NCBI GenBank assembly: GCA_965226795.1
Contig: CBDDDZ010000005.1
Coordinates: forward strand, 1,312,001-1,376,000
Source: Candidatus Latescibacterota bacterium
Lineage (GTDB): Bacteria; Latescibacterota; UBA2968; GCA-2709665
Reading direction: 5' to 3'
DNA length: 64,000 nt
A program made the position numbers and the translations under genes. Below, in pieces: positions 59,897-64,000 of this stretch. The notes beneath the pieces were generated by a model. The model was not told the DNA's origin. It saw only the letters and a program-made list of their open reading frames with translations, and searched no databases. Positions within the stretch are counted from its first letter, which is position 1. Every line of letters begins with the position of its first letter.

Positions 59897-60316
59897 ATGC
59901 TGGATCAATATGCCAATGTTCTGATATTCCTGGGGATCGGCGCTCTCTTCGTGGTGGTCAATCTGTTCGTTGGCAGTCTGATTCGGCCCCGGAATCCCAG
60001 CGCCGAGAAACTGAGTACATACGAGTGCGGTGAAGAACCCGTGGGCGGATCCTGGATTCAATTCAACATTCGGTTCTATGTGATAGCCCTGGATTTCATC
60101 ATCTTCGACGTGGAAGTAGTATTACTGTATCCGTGGGCGGTGGTCGCCAACGACTTCGGCTGGTATGGCTTCGGCGTCATGTCGATTTTCGTCATGGTGC
60201 TTCTGCTTGGCTTGGCGTATGCCTGGCGGAAGGGCGCCCTCGAATGGGTGCGTCCCAAGCTCTCGGAGCGGCAGGTGCCCGTGCCCGCTCCCGCCACCAG
60301 GACACGTGTTGCCTGA
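59897..60316 (+). CDS. nuoA: NADH-quinone oxidoreductase subunit A
   Basis: KLSTYECGEEP, FIIFDVE and WRKGALEW motifs. GGAGG RBS. Confidence 0.93.
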   Translation: MLDQYANVLIFLGIGALFVVVNLFVGSLIRPRNPSAEKLSTYECGEEPVGGSWIQFNIRFYVIALDFIIFDVEVVLLYPWAVVANDFGWYGFGVMSIFVMVLLLGLAYAWRKGALEWVRPKLSERQVPVPAPATRTRVA

Positions 60317-60465
60317 TCCGCCCGCAGTATCCGGTCACGCGGCAGGCGCGTGGTGTGGTAATGAATCGCGCCCCGCTCGTTCTGCTTACATGGTTTCAAT
60401 TCGCAGCCCTTCACGGTGTACGAATTCAATAGTCCGGTCGGACGCTTAAGGAGGAATGCCCGTCC

Positions 60466-60951
60466 ATGGGAAAGCTCACGGGTCGTTTCCAGGATAACGT
60501 CATTGTGACGTCGGTCGATTATTTCGTCAATTGGGCGCGGCTGTCCTCACTCTGGCCGATGACGTTCGGATTGGCGTGTTGCGCCATAGAAATGATGGCC
60601 ACGGGGGCATCGCGGTACGATTGGTCGCGGTTGGGCATGGTCCCGCGCGCTACGCCCCGTCAGTCCGATCTGATGATTGTGGCTGGCACGGTTACCCTGA
60701 AAATGGCCACCCGCGTGAAGAAATTGTACGACCAGATGGCTGAGCCCAGGTACGTGATGTCCATGGGCTGCTGCGCCACGTCCGGCGGCCCGTACTGGCA
60801 GCACGGATACCATGTATTGAAGGGTGTCGACCGGGTTGTACCGGTTGATGTGTATGTCCCGGGCTGCCCTCCGAGACCGGAGGCCTTGCTGGAGGGCGTA
60901 CTGAAGCTGCAGGACAAGATCCGCATCGATTCCATCGCGAAAGTGAGTTGA
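60466..60951 (+). CDS. nuoB: NADH-quinone oxidoreductase subunit B
   Basis: [16 protein letters not shown] and VPGCPPRPE motifs. Confidence 0.95.
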   Translation: MGKLTGRFQDNVIVTSVDYFVNWARLSSLWPMTFGLACCAIEMMATGASRYDWSRLGMVPRATPRQSDLMIVAGTVTLKMATRVKKLYDQMAEPRYVMSMGCCATSGGPYWQHGYHVLKGVDRVVPVDVYVPGCPPRPEALLEGVLKLQDKIRIDSIAKVS

Positions 60952-60995
60952 GCAGCACCGACAGACTTGCGCCGGACCGGGTGTGGGGGTGATCA

Positions 60996-61466
60996 ATGAC
61001 GCCGCAGGAGATTTACGACCGGATGAAGGAGAAGTTCGCCGACCGTGTTCTGGATCTGACCGAAAATGTGGATCCGTTCATTCGTGTACGGTCCGACGCA
61101 ATTGCGGAAATCGGACTGTATCTGCGGGACGACGAAGCGATGCGGTTCGAGTCGCTGATGTGTCTGAGCGGAGTGGATTATCCGGAACACCTTACGCTGG
61201 TCTATCACCTGTTCTCAACGTCCCACCGTCACAAGATAACGCTTAAGGCGGAAGTGGGAAGAGACGATCCCCATGTGCCAACGGTGGAGGGTATATGGCG
61301 GGTGGCGAACTGGCACGAACGCGAGACGTACGATATGTTCGGAATTGTCTTCGACGGGCACAGCGATCTGCGGCGGATTCTGTGTCCCGACGACTGGGAA
61401 GGGTGGCCCCTTCGCAAGGATTACCAGGTTCAGGAATATTACCGCGGCATCAAGGTTGAGGTATAA
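60996..61466 (+). CDS. nuoC: NADH-quinone oxidoreductase subunit C
   Basis: SGVDY, ANWHERETYDMFG and DWEGWPLRKDY motifs. Confidence 0.94.
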   Translation: MTPQEIYDRMKEKFADRVLDLTENVDPFIRVRSDAIAEIGLYLRDDEAMRFESLMCLSGVDYPEHLTLVYHLFSTSHRHKITLKAEVGRDDPHVPTVEGIWRVANWHERETYDMFGIVFDGHSDLRRILCPDDWEGWPLRKDYQVQEYYRGIKVEV

Positions 61467-61469
61467 ATT

Positions 61470-62669
61470 ATGGCAGAGATTCCACGGGGGGCGGCAGAGG
61501 TGACGGTGGAGCGGCCGGGACTGCCGTCGGCAGCGGATGTGGGGGGCGATAATCTAAACAGCGAGTTGATGACAATCAATATGGGACCCCAGCATCCTAG
61601 TACGCACGGGGTGCTGCGTTTGGAGATCAGGACAGACGGAGAGATTGTTGAGGAGGCAAAACCCCATATCGGTTATCTGCATCGGTGTTTCGAAAAACAC
61701 GCCGAGAATCTGCCGTATCCGCAGGTGATCCCGTTCACGGATCGGATGGATTACCTGGCGGCGATGAACAACAATATGGGGTATGTTCTGGCCGTTGAGA
61801 AGCTTCTTGGACTCGGGGTTCCGGAGCGCGTGGAATACATCCGGGTCATCATGTGTGAGTTGAACCGGATTGCCAGTCACCTGGTTTCTTTCGGGACCTA
61901 TGGCATGGATATCGGGGCGTTTACGCCCTTTTTGTTTGCCTTCCGGGAACGGGAGGATATTTTCGACCTGTTTGAAATGACGTGCGGGGCCCGGATGTTA
62001 TACAATTACATCTGGGTGGGTGGCGTCTCCCACGATCTGCCGCCGGGATTCTTAGAGCGCTGCCGGCATTTCCTGGCAGCGTTCGACGGCAAATTGAAAG
62101 AGTACAACGACCTGCTGACGTACAATAAGATCTTTGTTGAGCGCACCGCCAACGTCGGGGTTCTGTCGCGGGAGTCGGCCTACAGTCACAACATTACCGG
62201 CCCGAATCTACGGGGTTGTGGGGTGAAATGGGACCTGCGACGGAATGAACCCTACTCAATTTACGACCGGTTCGAGTTCGACGTGCCCATCGGCAAGGGA
62301 GAGATGGGGACCCTGGGGGATTGCTGGGATCGTTACATGGTGCGGATTCGCGAGATGAAGGAAAGCGCCAGGATCGTGTCTCAGGCGCTCGATCAACTGC
62401 CCGACGGGGGAGACGTACAGGCAGCGGTCCCCAGAAACGTGCGGCCTCCCAAAGACGCGGAGTGTTATGTTCGCAGCGAAAATCCCCGGGGCGAACTGGG
62501 GGTATACCTGATCAGCGACGGATCCAACGTCCCGTACCGAGTGCGGGTGAAGTCGCCCTGTTTCACGGTTATGAGTGTTTTTGACGAACTCGCCAGGGGT
62601 CATTATTTGGCCGATATCATTGCCATTATCGGAAGCATCGATATCGTACTGGGCGAGATCGACCGCTAG
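61470..62669 (+). CDS. nuoD: NADH-quinone oxidoreductase subunit D
   Basis: NMGPQHPSTHGVLR, GYLHR, DRMDY and DIVLGEIDR motifs. Confidence 0.96.
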   Translation: MAEIPRGAAEVTVERPGLPSAADVGGDNLNSELMTINMGPQHPSTHGVLRLEIRTDGEIVEEAKPHIGYLHRCFEKHAENLPYPQVIPFTDRMDYLAAMNNNMGYVLAVEKLLGLGVPERVEYIRVIMCELNRIASHLVSFGTYGMDIGAFTPFLFAFREREDIFDLFEMTCGARMLYNYIWVGGVSHDLPPGFLERCRHFLAAFDGKLKEYNDLLTYNKIFVERTANVGVLSRESAYSHNITGPNLRGCGVKWDLRRNEPYSIYDRFEFDVPIGKGEMGTLGDCWDRYMVRIREMKESARIVSQALDQLPDGGDVQAAVPRNVRPPKDAECYVRSENPRGELGVYLISDGSNVPYRVRVKSPCFTVMSVFDELARGHYLADIIAIIGSIDIVLGEIDR

Positions 62670-62690
62670 GCTACGTCTGAGGAGTGCCCT

Positions 62691-63863
62691 ATGCTCGAGT
62701 TGGCGGAGGCTCTTGTAAATCAGGTGGGCTTTTTGAGCACCGTGCCGATCGGTCTGGTGTCCCTTGCGCTGGGGCTGCTCGCAGGGATCGTGGTTGTCAC
62801 GCTCGTCGCCGTGCTGGGCCTGATTATGGTGTATATGGAAATGAAGATATCGGCCCATATCCAGGACCGATTGGGGCCGATGCGTACCGGCGGATGGCAC
62901 GGCTGGGCTCAGCCGCTTGCCGACGGCGTCAAACTCCTGCTGAAGGAGGACATCATTCCTGCGGCGGCGGACAAAGGGCTTTTCATTCTGGCGCCTCTGC
63001 TGGTATTTTCCGGCGCCCTCGCTGTCTTCGTGTGTATCCCCTTCGGCGGCAGCCTCATCGTGAGCGATCTGGACATCGGTATCTTTTATATTCTGGCCAT
63101 ATCATCGCTGGGCGTCCTGGGCATTCTCATGGCCGGGTGGGCGTCGAACAACAAGTGGTCCCTCCTGGGCGCGATGCGCTCAGCGGCACAGGTTGTGAGC
63201 TATGAAATTCCGGTGGCCATGGCCTTCTTAAGCGTGATCCCGCTTGTGGGTAGTCTAAGCACGCAGAACCTGGTCGCCGCGCAGTCCGGATCGTTATACC
63301 ACTGGTTCGTCTTTCGCAATCCATTTACGTTTCTTGCATTCATCCTTTACTTTATCGCCTCTCTCGCAGAGGTCAACCGGACCCCGTTCGACATACCCGA
63401 GGCCGAATCCGAACTGGTGGCGGGATATCACACCGAATACAGCGGCATGCGCTTCTCGTTCTTTTTCGTGGCGGAATACGCGGCGATGGTGGCTGTAAGC
63501 ATGGTTGGCGCGGTGGTATTTCTGGGTGGCTGGCAGGCACCCTGGGGTGGTTCGTTTCCGGCCGGTCCCATCTGGATGATCGGAAAGGGCCTCTTGCTGG
63601 TAGCGGTGCAGATCTGGATACGATGGACACTTCCGCGGTTGCGCGTCGATCAGTTGATGTTCGTGGGCTGGAAGGTACTGACGCCAGCGGCGTTTATGTG
63701 CCTGTTCGGATCGGTCTTTTGGCACTTTGCCGCTCCCGGATGGCTGCAGGAACTCACGAAGGTTGGACTGATGGGCGTGATGGCCGTTGTTCTTTTCTTC
63801 CTGTTGCGGTCCGCCGCTCAGGGATTGATGCAGGGGCGGACACAGCGGGCCCAAACAGCATGA
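62691..63863 (+). CDS. nuoH: NADH-quinone oxidoreductase subunit H
   Basis: QDRLGP, QPLADGVKLLLKE, NRTPFDIPEAESELVAG and LPRLRVDQ motifs. Confidence 0.95.
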   Translation: MLELAEALVNQVGFLSTVPIGLVSLALGLLAGIVVVTLVAVLGLIMVYMEMKISAHIQDRLGPMRTGGWHGWAQPLADGVKLLLKEDIIPAAADKGLFILAPLLVFSGALAVFVCIPFGGSLIVSDLDIGIFYILAISSLGVLGILMAGWASNNKWSLLGAMRSAAQVVSYEIPVAMAFLSVIPLVGSLSTQNLVAAQSGSLYHWFVFRNPFTFLAFILYFIASLAEVNRTPFDIPEAESELVAGYHTEYSGMRFSFFFVAEYAAMVAVSMVGAVVFLGGWQAPWGGSFPAGPIWMIGKGLLLVAVQIWIRWTLPRLRVDQLMFVGWKVLTPAAFMCLFGSVFWHFAAPGWLQELTKVGLMGVMAVVLFFLLRSAAQGLMQGRTQRAQTA

Positions 63864-63932
63864 TTAGTTGACGAATAGCGTATTCGGGCCATAGTTTAGG
63901 ATCAACTGGACGACTCCTCCAAAGGTGATGCA

Positions 63933-64000
63933 ATGGGATCGTATTTCAGGAATATCTTTCAGTCGGCTTCGTCCATCTGGGTGGGCCTGAATATCACATT
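63933..64000 (+). CDS. nuoI: Probable NuoI N-terminus (truncated by window edge)
   Basis: MGSYFRNIFQSASSIWVGLNIT is an amphipathic start typical of NuoI, in the expected position after nuoH. Confidence 0.55.
   Translation, partial: MGSYFRNIFQSASSIWVGLNIT

Noticed and set aside
1..64000. CRISPR array, tRNA/rRNA, IS or integrase genes
   Set aside because: No spaced direct repeats, RNA gene signatures or transposase/integrase ORFs were seen by eye. A tRNAscan/Infernal run would be needed to exclude small RNAs.

Overview
GC-rich bacterial chromosomal segment. The gene repertoire (three DUF6785/DUF6784-type membrane proteins, a secreted protein with a dockerin/EF-hand tail, many Gfo/Idh/MocA, AKR, SDR and amidohydrolase genes) suggests a Latescibacterota/Poribacteria-like organism, by inference only. 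The first ~47 kb is a catabolic assortment: a heparinase II/III-like lyase with a divergent ComA, a degenerate M14 peptidase, an epimerase and transporters, followed by hydrolases, oxidoreductases, a NitT/TauT ABC system split across strands, GH-like proteins, GGT, an aminotransferase and a phosphosugar mutase. The right end holds a SUF Fe-S operon (sufBCDSU, DUF59, rrf2, a second nuoB, nfuA) divergent from nuoABCD-H-I, which lacks nuoEFG in place. The strongest hidden signal is the radical SAM gene at 51660-50233 (-). It does not end at the ORF-track stop: it reads WYC-TGA-AEPTEEQFALV-TAA with a SECIS-like hairpin 13 nt after the TGA. This makes it a candidate CUAEP-tail selenoprotein, ArsL-like from recalled sequence, convergent with an ATP-grasp ligase. 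No CRISPR array, rRNA, tRNA or intact mobile element was seen. All family calls come from motif recognition, not from database searches.
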